DNA from: Alphaproteobacteria bacterium
GTDB lineage: Bacteria > Pseudomonadota > Alphaproteobacteria > UBA6615
Reading direction: 5' to 3'
DNA length: 64,000 nucleotides
Assembly (NCBI GenBank): GCA_965261975.1
Contig: CBDHEC010000047.1
Location: 1-64,000, forward strand
Shown: positions 47,713 to 57,822 of the stretch, in pieces
Layout of the letters: the number at the start of each line of letters is the position of its first letter
How positions within the stretch are numbered: the first letter of the stretch is position 1
Position numbers and translations under genes: made by a program
The notes under the pieces: model-generated
Seen by the model: the letters and a program-made list of their open reading frames with translations, nothing else
What the model was told of the DNA's origin: nothing
Databases searched by the model: none

Positions 47713-48336
47713 CTAGCGCAGCGGCGAGAACGGCGCGGCAAACAATAGCTTGTTGTCCTGGGTGATGATCGCGCCCTTGGGTGACCCCTTCGGCGGCCAG
47801 ACGCCTTTTGCCACGCCGTCGGCGCGCACCTGCGCGCGATGTTCGAAGCTCTCATAGGGCCAGATGTGGACGTACTTGTTGAGGCCGCCGATCTCGGTGT
47901 GCATGGCCATGGCGCAGGGCGACAATTCCATGCGTGCGTCGATCGCGTCCTTCCAGCCGTTGATGATGCCCGGGATCGTGCCGGCATTCACCGCGTATTC
48001 GCGATACTCGAACAACGGGCCGTGCTCGCCGCTCAGGAATTCGGTCATGAACGGGAAGGGCGTGAAGACCTCGGCCTTCATCTCGTGGATCATCGCGTTC
48101 ACATCGGGGGGCCAGACGCCTGTCTTGACCGCCTCGGCGCGCACCGCTTCGCGCTCCGCGAGATCCTGATAGGGCCAGATATGGATGACCTCGTTGAGGG
48201 GGCCGACTTCCGAAACGAAAAAGGCGGCGAGCGGCGAGAGTTGCTTGCGGCCGTTCTCATAGGCTTCTTCGAAGACCTTGAGGAATTCGGGAACCATGCG
48301 GAGTTTCAGCCGGTAGGTGCGTACTTCGTAGATCAT
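47713..48336 (-). CDS. NIPSNAP family protein (tandem domains)
   Basis: IYEVRTY..GPLNEVIHIWPY, repeated as EIGGLNKYVHIWPY. Confidence 0.9.
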   Translation of the reverse strand: MIYEVRTYRLKLRMVPEFLKVFEEAYENGRKQLSPLAAFFVSEVGPLNEVIHIWPYQDLAEREAVRAEAVKTGVWPPDVNAMIHEMKAEVFTPFPFMTEFLSGEHGPLFEYREYAVNAGTIPGIINGWKDAIDARMELSPCAMAMHTEIGGLNKYVHIWPYESFEHRAQVRADGVAKGVWPPKGSPKGAIITQDNKLLFAAPFSPLR

Positions 48337-48558
48337 GTTTTTTCTCCCCAAGGTGTTTATGTGTTTTTGAGTTCATTCGGCGTTCCGGAATGAGCGAGCG
48401 GCAGTTTGGCGCGCCCGTGATGTGCCGTCCAGCCACGCATGTTGCACGAAACGATTTAAACAGTCTGACATCGGCGCATTTGCAGGCATGGTATCTTCTG
48501 CATCTTCGTGCGCCGCCCTGTTGGCAAGGCGTACAAGAATGCATGGGGGCGTAGTCGA

Positions 48559-49305
48559 ATGAACCAGATCGATTTGGTCGGACGTTGTGCCATCGTCACC
48601 GGGGCCGCCCAGGGGATTGGCCGGGCGGTTGCCGCGCGGCTCCTGGAGTCCGGCGCGCGAGTCTGGTTATGGGACGTAGACGAGGCGATGGTCGCGACGA
48701 CCGCCGGGGAACTGGGTGACGGCGCACATCCCATGCCGGTCGATGTCGCGGATCCCGGGTGTGTTGCGGACGCGGCGCGTGCCGTTGCCGAGCAGGGCGG
48801 GCAGATCGACATTCTGGTCAACAATGCCGGGATTTCCGGCGCCAACGCGCCGTTGTGGGAATACGAAACCGACGAATGGCGGCGCGTTATCGAGATCAAC
48901 CTCAACGGCGTGTTCTATTGCTGCAAGGCGGTCGTGCCCTTCATGAAGGCCGCCGGTTACGGACGGATCGTCAACATGGCGTCCGTCGCCGGAAAGGAGG
49001 GCAATCCCAATGCGTCGGCCTACAGCTCATCGAAGGCGGCCGTCATCGCGTTGACGAAGTCGCTCGGCAAGGAACTCGCCGGTCAGGATATCGCGGTCAA
49101 CTGCGTGACCCCGGCGGCCGCGCGGACGGCACTCTTCGACCAGATGAAGCAGGAGCATGTCGACTACATGTTGTCGAAAATTCCTCGTGAGCGTTTTGTC
49201 ACAGTCGAGGAGATCGCAGCCATGGTGGCCTGGCTCGCCTCGGCGGAGAATTCCTTCACCACTGCCGCCACGTTCGATCTCAGCGGCGGGCGCGCGACCT
49301 ACTAA
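48559..49305 (+). CDS. SDR family oxidoreductase
   Basis: TGAAQGIG, NNAG, GKEGNPNASAYSSSK, FDLSGGRATY. Confidence 0.92.
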   Translation: MNQIDLVGRCAIVTGAAQGIGRAVAARLLESGARVWLWDVDEAMVATTAGELGDGAHPMPVDVADPGCVADAARAVAEQGGQIDILVNNAGISGANAPLWEYETDEWRRVIEINLNGVFYCCKAVVPFMKAAGYGRIVNMASVAGKEGNPNASAYSSSKAAVIALTKSLGKELAGQDIAVNCVTPAAARTALFDQMKQEHVDYMLSKIPRERFVTVEEIAAMVAWLASAENSFTTAATFDLSGGRATY

Positions 49306-49431
49306 GCCCGGGCGGCGAGGGATCAGGCTTCAGGGCCGGCCATGCTTTGCGTAAAGTGGGCAGGAATCGTAGTTTCCTGCGGCAGCGCCCTCGTTGGGCT
49401 AGTTGTGAATGAAACCCAGAGGATTGCACCC

Positions 49432-49926
49432 ATGGCCATTTCTCATCTCGAACATTTTCTCGTCGTCGCCCAGGATTATGAGGCGACCGTGCAATGGTAT
49501 ATCGACAATCTCGGTTTTGAAGAGGGCCCGCATCCCGATTTCGGCGCCGATGTGGAGGTGACCTGGCTCTATCTCGGGGACCGCGACATCATCCATGTCG
49601 TGCCCCCGCGCCCGAACGACGAGGCCCGCCCTGTGCCCGATCCCGACGCGACGCCCGAGGAGATTGCGCAAGGCAGCCGACCGATCCATCACATCGCGTT
49701 TCGCGCGTCCAACCGCGTGGAGATGACCGACCGGCTCAAGGAACATGGCGTGACCTATCTCGAGCAGCAGGCCAGCAAGGAAGATCTCTATCAGGTCTTC
49801 GTGCGCGACCCGAACGGCATCACGGTCGAGCTCAACTTCCCCGCCGAGGAGGCCGCCGACATGGAGGGCCTCGCGCAGCTGGCATTGCGCCCGGAGAAGT
49901 GGAAGGACGAAGTGCCGACGGGATAG
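49432..49926 (+). CDS. VOC/glyoxalase family protein
   Basis: LEHFLV, IHHIAF, QVFVRDPNGITVELNF. Confidence 0.88.
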   Translation: MAISHLEHFLVVAQDYEATVQWYIDNLGFEEGPHPDFGADVEVTWLYLGDRDIIHVVPPRPNDEARPVPDPDATPEEIAQGSRPIHHIAFRASNRVEMTDRLKEHGVTYLEQQASKEDLYQVFVRDPNGITVELNFPAEEAADMEGLAQLALRPEKWKDEVPTG

Positions 49927-49965
49927 GTCCCGCCGATCACGGATGTTTACAAAGGAAGAGACGTT

Positions 49966-50757
49966 ATGGATTTGGGATTGAAGGACAAGCGCGCTCTGGT
50001 GCTCGGCGGCAGCCGGGGCATCGGTTTCGGGATCGCCAACGAGCTCGCCGCCGAGGGTGCGCGGGTCATGCTGTGCAGCCGTGATGCGGCAGCATGCGAA
50101 GAGGCCGCCGCGCGGATCGCCAAGGATCATGGTGTCGAGGTCATTGGCCGCGCCTGCGATATGTCGGACCTCGATGCGGTGGATGCCACGGCGGCGGCTG
50201 CCGAGGCCGAGCTTGGCGGCGTGGATATCCTGATCAACAACACCGGCGGTCCGCCGCTCGGGCCGATCAGCGCCGTCGATTCGGAAAGCTGGGCACAGTA
50301 TTTCGAGGCGATGGTCGTCAGCGTTATACGTCTGACCGGCCATCTTCTGCCGGGCATGCGCGAGCGCAAGTGGGGCCGGGTCATCACCGTCTCGTCTTCC
50401 GGCGTGGTCGAGCCGATTCCGGTCTTGGGAATCTCGAACACGCTCCGCGTGGCGCTGGTCAACTGGTCGAAAACGATCGATCTCGAAATTGCCCCCGACG
50501 GGGTGACGATCAACGTCATCATGCCCGGGCGGATCGAAACGGATCGCCTGCGCTCCACCCGCGCGGCGATGGCCGAGAAACGGGGGATCAGCATGGAAGA
50601 GGCCGCCGCGGCGCAGGCCGCCGACATCCCCGTCGGGCGGGTTGGCACGGTCGAGGAGTTCGCAGCCCTTGCGGCCTTCCTGGCCAGCGAACGGGCGAGT
50701 TTCCTGACCGGCCAGGTCTACGCGGTCGACGGCGGCATGATCAGCAGCACGCGCTGA
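49966..50757 (+). CDS. SDR family oxidoreductase (atypical, SNxxR)
   Basis: [26 protein letters not shown]. Confidence 0.9.
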   Translation: MDLGLKDKRALVLGGSRGIGFGIANELAAEGARVMLCSRDAAACEEAAARIAKDHGVEVIGRACDMSDLDAVDATAAAAEAELGGVDILINNTGGPPLGPISAVDSESWAQYFEAMVVSVIRLTGHLLPGMRERKWGRVITVSSSGVVEPIPVLGISNTLRVALVNWSKTIDLEIAPDGVTINVIMPGRIETDRLRSTRAAMAEKRGISMEEAAAAQAADIPVGRVGTVEEFAALAAFLASERASFLTGQVYAVDGGMISSTR

Positions 50758-50761
50758 CGCC

Positions 50762-51742
50762 ATGGTAAGTCTGTCTGTCCTCGACCTCGCCTATATCGGC
50801 GAGGGCTTCACGCCGGCCGATGCGCTCGCAAACGCGCGCGACCTGGCGCAGCATGCCGAGGCGGCCGGCTATGCGCGTTTCTGGCTGGCCGAACATCACA
50901 ACCTTGCCGGCATCGCGAGCGCGGCCACCGCCGTGTGCATCGGCCATGTCGCGGGCGGCACGAAGACGATCCGTGTGGGTGCGGGCGGTATCATGCTGCC
51001 CAACCATTCGCCGATGGTCATCGCCGAACAATTCGGCACGCTGGCCACGTTGTTCCCCGGCCGCATCGATCTCGGTCTGGGGCGCGCGCCGGGCACGGAC
51101 CAGCGCACCTTGCAGGCGCTGCGGCGCGGACCGGATTCGTCGGAAAATTTCCCCCAGGACGTGGTCGAACTGCAGGCTCTGCTCGGCCCTGCGGAGGAAA
51201 ATCAATCCATTCATGCGATTCCAGGCGAGGACACCAATGTGCCGCTGTGGATTCTGGGGTCGAGCCTGTTTGGTGCGCAGCTCGCCGCCATGCTGGGCCT
51301 GCCCTACGCCTTCGCCTCACATTTTGCGCCCCAGGCGTTGATGCAGGCGGTCGAGATCTATCGCGACCGGTTCGAACCCTCGGACCAGCTCGACAAACCC
51401 TATGCGATGGTCGGCTGCAACGTCGTCGTCGCTGAAACCGAGGACGAGGCACGGCGGCTCTTCACCACGCCGCAGCAGCAATTCACGCGCATGGTCCGTG
51501 GCACCCGCGGCCAGCTGCCGCCGCCCGTCGACGATATCGAGGCTTTCTGGTCGCCGATGGAGAAAGCACAGGCGTCATCCATGCTGGGCTGTTCCTTCTA
51601 CGGTTCGCCCGACACGATCAAGGACAAGCTGGACCCGCTGATCGAGGCGACGGGGGCGGACGAACTGATGGTCGTGGGTGCGATATGGGATCACGCCGCG
51701 CGGGTGCGGTCCTACGAGCTGCTGGCCGAGGCGATGCGCTAG
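50762..51742 (+). CDS. LLM-class oxidoreductase (YhbW-like)
   Basis: [34 protein letters not shown]. Confidence 0.92.
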   Translation: MVSLSVLDLAYIGEGFTPADALANARDLAQHAEAAGYARFWLAEHHNLAGIASAATAVCIGHVAGGTKTIRVGAGGIMLPNHSPMVIAEQFGTLATLFPGRIDLGLGRAPGTDQRTLQALRRGPDSSENFPQDVVELQALLGPAEENQSIHAIPGEDTNVPLWILGSSLFGAQLAAMLGLPYAFASHFAPQALMQAVEIYRDRFEPSDQLDKPYAMVGCNVVVAETEDEARRLFTTPQQQFTRMVRGTRGQLPPPVDDIEAFWSPMEKAQASSMLGCSFYGSPDTIKDKLDPLIEATGADELMVVGAIWDHAARVRSYELLAEAMR

Positions 51743-51763
51743 GGGGCAAGGGAAGGCAACCAG

Positions 51764-52555
51764 ATGACAGTCAGGATTGAGAAGGACGATGGGGTGTGGA
51801 CGGTCATCCACTCGCGCCCCGCGGCACGCGGCGCCATGGACCCGCGGAGTTCCGACGCACTCTACGACGCCTTTCGTGCGTTCGACGCCGATGACGATGC
51901 GCAGGTCGCCGTTTTCTGGGGAGAGGGTGGTGCGTTCTGTGCAGGCTGGGACCTAAAGCACGCCTCTGCCTTGTCTGGCGCCGACGCGCTGGACCAGTTT
52001 GATTTCCCCGATGATGGGGAGCCACCGATGGCCGCGATGGGGCCCAGTCGCCTGGAATTGTCCAAACCGGTGATCGCGGCGATCGCCGGGCCCGCGGTCG
52101 CGGGCGGCATGGAGCTGGCCATCTGGGCTGACATGCGGGTGATGGAGGAAACAGCCTTCATGGGGGTCTACTGTCGCCGTTGGGGCGTGCCGCTGATCGA
52201 CGGCGGTACGGTGCGGCTCCCGCGTCTCGTGGGCGAGGGACGCGCGATGGACCTTATATTGACCGGTCGCCGCGTGGATGCCGACGAGGCGCTGCGGATC
52301 GGTCTGTGTGAATATGTTGTGCCCGAAGGTGAAGCCCGTTCGAAAGCCGAGGCGCTGGCCCATGACATCGCGCGCTATCCACAAAGCTGCATGCTGGCTG
52401 ACCGGCGTTCCGCCCTGGCGCAGCATGGTCTGAGCGAGCGCGACGCGTTGCGCCAGGAGTGGCGTAACAGCAAGCGTGAAGTGAACGGGGGCGTTCAGGG
52501 GGCGGCGCGGTTCGCTTCGGGTAAAGGCCGCGGCGGCGACTTCGGTGATATCTGA
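51764..52555 (+). CDS. Crotonase/enoyl-CoA hydratase family
   Basis: FCAGWDL, AVAGGMELA, RWGVPLIDGGTVRLPR. Confidence 0.92.
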   Translation: MTVRIEKDDGVWTVIHSRPAARGAMDPRSSDALYDAFRAFDADDDAQVAVFWGEGGAFCAGWDLKHASALSGADALDQFDFPDDGEPPMAAMGPSRLELSKPVIAAIAGPAVAGGMELAIWADMRVMEETAFMGVYCRRWGVPLIDGGTVRLPRLVGEGRAMDLILTGRRVDADEALRIGLCEYVVPEGEARSKAEALAHDIARYPQSCMLADRRSALAQHGLSERDALRQEWRNSKREVNGGVQGAARFASGKGRGGDFGDI

Positions 52556-52624
52556 GAACAGTGTTGAATTTGCACGAGCCCGTATCGGTTTCCGGTTCGC
52601 GATAAGGGTTCAGGGAGTTTCACG

Positions 52625-53383
52625 ATGATCACGCTCTATCATGCTCACCATTCGACCTGCAGCCAGAAGGTGCGGGTGGTCCTGGCCGAGAAGGAACTGT
52701 CCTTCGAGACGGTGTTTCTTGAACTGGGAAAGAAGGATCAGCTCGATCCCGACTATCTGAAGCTCAACCCGAACGGCGTGGTCCCCACGCTCGTGGACGG
52801 GGATGACGTGATCCTGGAATCGAGCGTCATCTGCGAGTATCTCGATGAGCGATATCCCGGCGTTGAGCTCACCCCCGGCGACGTGGTCGAACGGGCCCGG
52901 ATGCGGGCCTGGATGCATTTCGCCGAAGAGGTGCCCGTCCCGGCGATCCGTGTGCCGTCGTTCAATCGCGCCTTCCTTTATCGCTTCGAGGGTCTCGATC
53001 AGGCGCAGTTTGAGGACGAACAGATGAATGTTCGCAAGGTGCGCCGGGAGATGTTCCAGCGCATGGGTAAACCGACCGGCTTCAGCCGCAAGGATGTCGA
53101 TATCGCACTCGGCCAGCTCGACGACACCTGCGCACGCATGCAGGCCGCGCTCGAGGACGGACCTTGGCTGATGGGCGAGCAGTTCACCCTGGCCGATGTG
53201 CTGGTGATCCCGGCAATCGACCGGATGGCCGATCTGGGTCTGGCCGGAATATGGGAGGACAACTACCCTCTGGTGGGCGCCTGGTATGAGCGGTTTCAGG
53301 CCCGGCCGTCTTTCGCGGCGACCTATTACGAGGGTTCTCGGGTTTCGGACTTTCTCGAACTCCACCCGCTCTATACAGATTGA
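52625..53383 (+). CDS. Glutathione S-transferase family
   Basis: STCSQKVR, LNPNGVVPTL, ESSVICEYLDE, FTLAD. Confidence 0.92.
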   Translation: MITLYHAHHSTCSQKVRVVLAEKELSFETVFLELGKKDQLDPDYLKLNPNGVVPTLVDGDDVILESSVICEYLDERYPGVELTPGDVVERARMRAWMHFAEEVPVPAIRVPSFNRAFLYRFEGLDQAQFEDEQMNVRKVRREMFQRMGKPTGFSRKDVDIALGQLDDTCARMQAALEDGPWLMGEQFTLADVLVIPAIDRMADLGLAGIWEDNYPLVGAWYERFQARPSFAATYYEGSRVSDFLELHPLYTD

Positions 53384-53462
53384 ACTTGAACTCATCGATG
53401 CAGCGCGGATATCTGGCGCTACGAAACAAGCAAGCGGCCGATAGAACGCCCAGGAGAGACAC

Positions 53463-54251
53463 ATGACGACCGACCAGATCATCAGCAGACGCGAAGATTC
53501 AATCGGCTATATCACCTTCAACAACCCCGATCGCCACAACGCCATGTCGCTCGAGATGTGGCGCGACGGTGAAGCTGCGATCCGCGAATTCTGCGATGCG
53601 GGAGATGTTCGCGCGGTCGTGCTGACCGGCGCGGGCGAGAAGGCCTTCGTCGCCGGTGCCGATATCTCCAAATTCGCAGACGAGCGCGCCTCGAAGGCGG
53701 CAAGCGAGGAGTATGCCGCCGCCGTGAAGGACTTCCAGGACACGCTGACCCACGCGCCGATGCCCACGATCGCGAAAATCGGCGGTTATGCCATCGGTGG
53801 CGGGCTGGCGATCGCGCTGTGCTGCGACATCCGCATTGCGTCGGATGATTCCCGCTTCGCCGTCCCGGCCGCCAAGCTCGGCCTTGGCTATGCCGCGTCG
53901 GGGATTGAGCGCCTGATGCAGATCGTCGGACCGTCCTTCGCGATGGAGATTTTTTACACCGCCCGTCAGTTCGATGCTGGAGAAGCGCTCACCATGGGCC
54001 TGATCAACCGGGTGTTGCCGCGCGCCGAACTGGATTCCTATTGCGATGACTATGTCGGCCGTATCGCCGGCAATGCGCCGCTGACAATTCGGGCGGTCAA
54101 GACGGCGGTGCAGGAAAACCTGAAGGCTCCCGCCGACCGGAATGAGGCGTTGTGCGCCGAACAGGTCGCCGCCTGCTTCGCGAGCCAGGACTTTATCGAG
54201 GGCCGCACGGCGTTCATGGAGAAGCGCAAGCCGGCCTTTACCGGCACCTAG
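53463..54251 (+). CDS. Enoyl-CoA hydratase family
   Basis: AFVAGADI, AIGGGLA, PAAKLGLGY, AFMEKRKP.F. Confidence 0.92.
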   Translation: MTTDQIISRREDSIGYITFNNPDRHNAMSLEMWRDGEAAIREFCDAGDVRAVVLTGAGEKAFVAGADISKFADERASKAASEEYAAAVKDFQDTLTHAPMPTIAKIGGYAIGGGLAIALCCDIRIASDDSRFAVPAAKLGLGYAASGIERLMQIVGPSFAMEIFYTARQFDAGEALTMGLINRVLPRAELDSYCDDYVGRIAGNAPLTIRAVKTAVQENLKAPADRNEALCAEQVAACFASQDFIEGRTAFMEKRKPAFTGT

Positions 54252-54316
54252 CGCATTCCCGGCCAGCGGTGTGTCCTCAAATGGCGCGGGTCGCTTGCGA
54301 CAGGACCCGCGCCTGT

Positions 54317-54748
54317 TTATCCCGTGGCGATATAGGCCTTGAGCGCCTCGGCCTCATGTTCGGTTTCCCGTATCCGGTGTTTCACCACATCGCCGATGGA
54401 AACCAGCCCGATCAACGCGTTGTCCTCGACCACCGGCAGATGGCGAATTCGGTGTTCCGTCATCGTCTCCATCAGATGAGCGATGTTGTCTTCGCCGGTG
54501 CAGGTGACGACCTCGCGGATCATGATGTCGGAAATTTTCAGGTCGAGAATGGTCGCGCCGGCGCGTGCTATGTGACGAATGACATCGCGTTCCGAGATGA
54601 TGCCGTCGACTTGCCGGCCGTCCTCACTCACCACGAGTGCGCCGATCTTGAGTTCGGTAAGCCGGGCGCAAGCCTGTGACACCGACCCGTCGGGTCGGAT
54701 GGTCTCGATGGCGTTACCCTTGGTCCGAAGTATTGCTGCTACGTTCAT
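54317..54748 (-). CDS. CBS domain protein
   Basis: GIISERD, RIRHLPV, GLVSIGDVVK. Confidence 0.92.
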   Translation of the reverse strand: MNVAAILRTKGNAIETIRPDGSVSQACARLTELKIGALVVSEDGRQVDGIISERDVIRHIARAGATILDLKISDIMIREVVTCTGEDNIAHLMETMTEHRIRHLPVVEDNALIGLVSIGDVVKHRIRETEHEAEALKAYIATG

Positions 54749-54913
54749 GGGTGCCCCTTTCGTATCTGGGCGCACCCGTTGGCCGGTCCTCGATTGTCTT
54801 CGCACCGGTCCGACCACGATGCGCGCCACTCAATGTCCCGCGAGGCTTTTCACGGGGCTGCGTTATATTGTCTCACATTTCGGCGGGATTGGCGAATGCC
54901 GGCCGATTCCGGC

Positions 54914-55336
54914 CTAGTTCAGGGGGATGCCGGCGAGCGCTTTCTCGCAGATCTGGGCGGTGGTAACCCCCGCCTTGTCGGCCCCGTCCAGGGGGCAGTG
55001 TTGAACCAAAAAAGCACAAGATTCCAATACGTTGGCGTATTGCGGCGAGTCCAGACTTCGCGCTGGACGTTCGACCTCGGCCTGTCTCAGATTGATGATG
55101 CGCTCACCGCGCAGCAGCACGGTGTTCTCGTGGCCGAGACATTTCGCGTTGCTGGTGGTCAGCTGGTTCATCGAGATGGCGACGAGAAAGATCGCCCCGA
55201 GCCCGACAATCAGCCTCGCCCGGAAGGCACCGAGGCGGGGAAACCGCCAGCGCAGACCGCGATAGAGCCCGTACAAAATTGCGCCGGCAACGGTGAGCGA
55301 GAGCGTGAGCCGCAACAGGTCCATGGCGATGTCCAT
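54914..55336 (-). CDS. Hypothetical membrane-anchored protein with 4 Cys
   Basis: Two N-terminal TM helices, then a soluble domain with four Cys. Starts 3 nt after the ccmI stop. Confidence 0.65.
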   Translation of the reverse strand: MDIAMDLLRLTLSLTVAGAILYGLYRGLRWRFPRLGAFRARLIVGLGAIFLVAISMNQLTTSNAKCLGHENTVLLRGERIINLRQAEVERPARSLDSPQYANVLESCAFLVQHCPLDGADKAGVTTAQICEKALAGIPLN

Positions 55337-55339
55337 GGC

Positions 55340-56626
55340 TCAGCGACTGCCGTTCTCGGCATCGAGCCGGTCAATCGCCTCGTTGACCATGCGGTGGGCG
55401 TCCGCTTCGGGCGGGATGAGGTCGCGCAGGCGCATGAAGTATGTGCGTGCGGAGGCGGTGTCACCGGACTCGGCCGAGGTAATTGCGCCGCGCAGAAGTG
55501 TCTCGGCGTGATCGGGTTCCAACGTCAATGCGCGTGCATATGCCTGTGCCGCCGCGCCGGGGTCGCCGAGCATTTCCCATGACCGTGCGAGCATGCGCCA
55601 GCCTGCCAGGTCGTCGGGTTCGTTCTCCAGGCGTGCGGCGAGATTATCGACCATGCCCTGGATCATCGCCTGGCGTTCGTCGTCGTTCAGGTTCTGGGCG
55701 GCGGCGATATCGGCAGCCGTCGGGCCACGCGCGCCAGGCACGGCTTCGGCGGCGGTCGTCTGGGGCAGCCAGTCGGCCGGGTTGTGGCCGAGGTCATGCG
55801 CGGTGTCGGTGATGCGTGCGCGGACCGTTGCCAGCCAGGGGGCATCGGCGGGGGCGTCGCCGGCGAGGGCCGACCATGCTTCCAGCGCGTCTTGCTCATA
55901 GCCGGCCTGATAATCGGCGAGTGCCAGAAAATACCGTGCGCGGGGGTCGGTCGGGTCACCCCTGAGGGCGGTCTCGAAGGCTTCGCGCGCTGCGGGCGTC
56001 ACCAGGCCGTCCGCGATACGCGCCAGCGATTCGCCATGCGCCGATGCAATCTCGGTTCTTGTCGGGTCGAGCTCGCGGGCCTGCGCCAGGGCGATCTCGG
56101 CCCCGTCGACATTGCCGGCTACCAGGCGCAACCGGCCCAGATCAAACCATGCCTGGGGATCGTCGGGGGTCTCGGTCGCGCGTGCCTCGGCTTGCTGTAA
56201 CCGCGCCCGGGCAGCCGCGATTACGCCGTTGGTCGCCTCGGGAGGTGCCTCGCGCAGGGCGAAGGGCTGGTTCGGCAACCCCGGGTTACCCAGGTCCAGG
56301 TAAAGCGGCACGCTTGCGAGCGGTATTACGATGGCGAGCAGGGCGGCGAACACTAGATGGCGCCCATGCCCGGCTTTGCCCGACAGACCGGCGGCGCGCC
56401 CGGCCGTGAGCAGGCGGCGTTCGATTTCTCCGCGTGCCGCCTCGGCCTGCGTGTCGTCGATGAGCCCGCGCGCGCGGTCGCGTTCGAGTTCCTGGAGCTG
56501 GTCGTAGTAGACCACGGTATCGAATTCGGCGCGCGTCGTAGCACCGGTCCCCGGGCGCAACAGGGGCCAGGCGATCCAGGCGATCAGCGACAAAGTGAGC
56601 GCCGCAAGGATGGTCCAGAAGATCAT
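55340..56626 (-). CDS. ccmI: Cytochrome c biogenesis protein CcmI (CycH)
   Basis: [32 protein letters not shown] repeats. Confidence 0.93.
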   Translation of the reverse strand: MIFWTILAALTLSLIAWIAWPLLRPGTGATTRAEFDTVVYYDQLQELERDRARGLIDDTQAEAARGEIERRLLTAGRAAGLSGKAGHGRHLVFAALLAIVIPLASVPLYLDLGNPGLPNQPFALREAPPEATNGVIAAARARLQQAEARATETPDDPQAWFDLGRLRLVAGNVDGAEIALAQARELDPTRTEIASAHGESLARIADGLVTPAAREAFETALRGDPTDPRARYFLALADYQAGYEQDALEAWSALAGDAPADAPWLATVRARITDTAHDLGHNPADWLPQTTAAEAVPGARGPTAADIAAAQNLNDDERQAMIQGMVDNLAARLENEPDDLAGWRMLARSWEMLGDPGAAAQAYARALTLEPDHAETLLRGAITSAESGDTASARTYFMRLRDLIPPEADAHRMVNEAIDRLDAENGSR

Positions 56627-57264
56627 GTTCTCTGTTGGGTGTCCGCGTTTCCGGCAGGCCTATCGGCGTCGCCGGACTCATCGGCTGCCGGCGGCTCGTC
56701 ATCGTGCTCGGGATGCGGTGTCAGCCCGTCATGAAGTTCGTTGCGAAACCGGCTCCGCGGCGGGTTGGGCGGGCTCGTGCTGGCGATCCGCTCCACCAGC
56801 GCATCGAGCTCGGCGCGGTCCGCGGGTGAAAGCGGGTCCGGGCTGGCGCCTGCCAGCCGCCGTCGCCGATAGGCCTGGTAGAACATCACCGACAGGGTCG
56901 CGATGACGACGGCCATGATCGGCGGGGCAAGCCAGAGAGCCAGCGTGTTGGGCTGGAATGGCGGGCGGAGAAGCACGAAGTCGCCATAGCGCGCGACGAG
57001 ATAGTTCACGACCTCTTCGTCATTGTCGCCGGCCACGAGGCGCTCGCGCACCAGGATGCGCATGTCGCGGGCGATTTCCGCGTCGGAATCGTCGATCGAC
57101 TGGTTCTGGCAGACCACGCACCGCAACTCTGTTGATATCGCGCGTGCGCGTTCCTCCAGCGCCGGGTCGGCGAGAACCTCGTCGGGCTCAACCGCCAGGA
57201 CCGTCGGGGCGCTGGCGAGGAGCACCAGCATGGTGAGGACCAGAAAGGCCGAGGCTTGCTTCAT
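56623..57264 (-). CDS. ccmH: Cytochrome c biogenesis protein CcmH (CycL)
   Basis: [25 protein letters not shown]. Confidence 0.94.
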   Translation of the reverse strand: MKQASAFLVLTMLVLLASAPTVLAVEPDEVLADPALEERARAISTELRCVVCQNQSIDDSDAEIARDMRILVRERLVAGDNDEEVVNYLVARYGDFVLLRPPFQPNTLALWLAPPIMAVVIATLSVMFYQAYRRRRLAGASPDPLSPADRAELDALVERIASTSPPNPPRSRFRNELHDGLTPHPEHDDEPPAADESGDADRPAGNADTQQRT

Positions 57265-57809
57265 CCGCCTTCTACTTCGCGCAGTTTCGGCAGGATCTTC
57301 CGTTCCAGGACGTCGGGCGTGATGGGCCCGGTGTGCTTGTAGGCGATCATGCCGTCGGCATCGATGATGAATGTTTCCGGGACCCCCGTCACCCCCCATT
57401 CCAGGGACGCGCGCGCGTCGGCATCGAAGCCGATAGCCATGTAGGGGTTGCCGTGGCGGCGCAGCCAGGTGGCGGAGTCGCTCGCCTTGTCGCGATGGTT
57501 GATGCCGTAGACCCGCGCACCGTCAGCCGCGAGCTTGGTGATCAAAGGATGTTCGGCCAGGCACGGCACGCACCAGGAGGCGAACACATTCACGATCGTC
57601 ACCTTGCCTTTGAGATCTTCGGTTGAGAATCCGCCGGGGATATTGTCGGCGATTGGCGGCAAGGAGATCGCGGGTGCCGGTTTGCCGACCAGCGGCGAGG
57701 GCAGACGCGACGGGTCGTTGTTGCGCTCGCTGTCGGTCAACAGCGAGGCCATAACCCCGAGCAACGCGGCAAACAGCAAGACGGGCAGTAGGACGATGAT
57801 CCGGCGCAT
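57261..57809 (-). CDS. ccmG: Thiol:disulfide interchange protein CcmG/DsbE
   Basis: [19 protein letters not shown]. Confidence 0.95.
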   Translation of the reverse strand: MRRIIVLLPVLLFAALLGVMASLLTDSERNNDPSRLPSPLVGKPAPAISLPPIADNIPGGFSTEDLKGKVTIVNVFASWCVPCLAEHPLITKLAADGARVYGINHRDKASDSATWLRRHGNPYMAIGFDADARASLEWGVTGVPETFIIDADGMIAYKHTGPITPDVLERKILPKLREVEGG

Positions 57810-57822
57810 AACCTGGTCGGGC

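Noticed and set aside
49300-49325. TGATCC-N16-AGTA on the minus strand
   Set aside because: It points antisense into an SDR gene and the -10 is imperfect, so it is probably chance.
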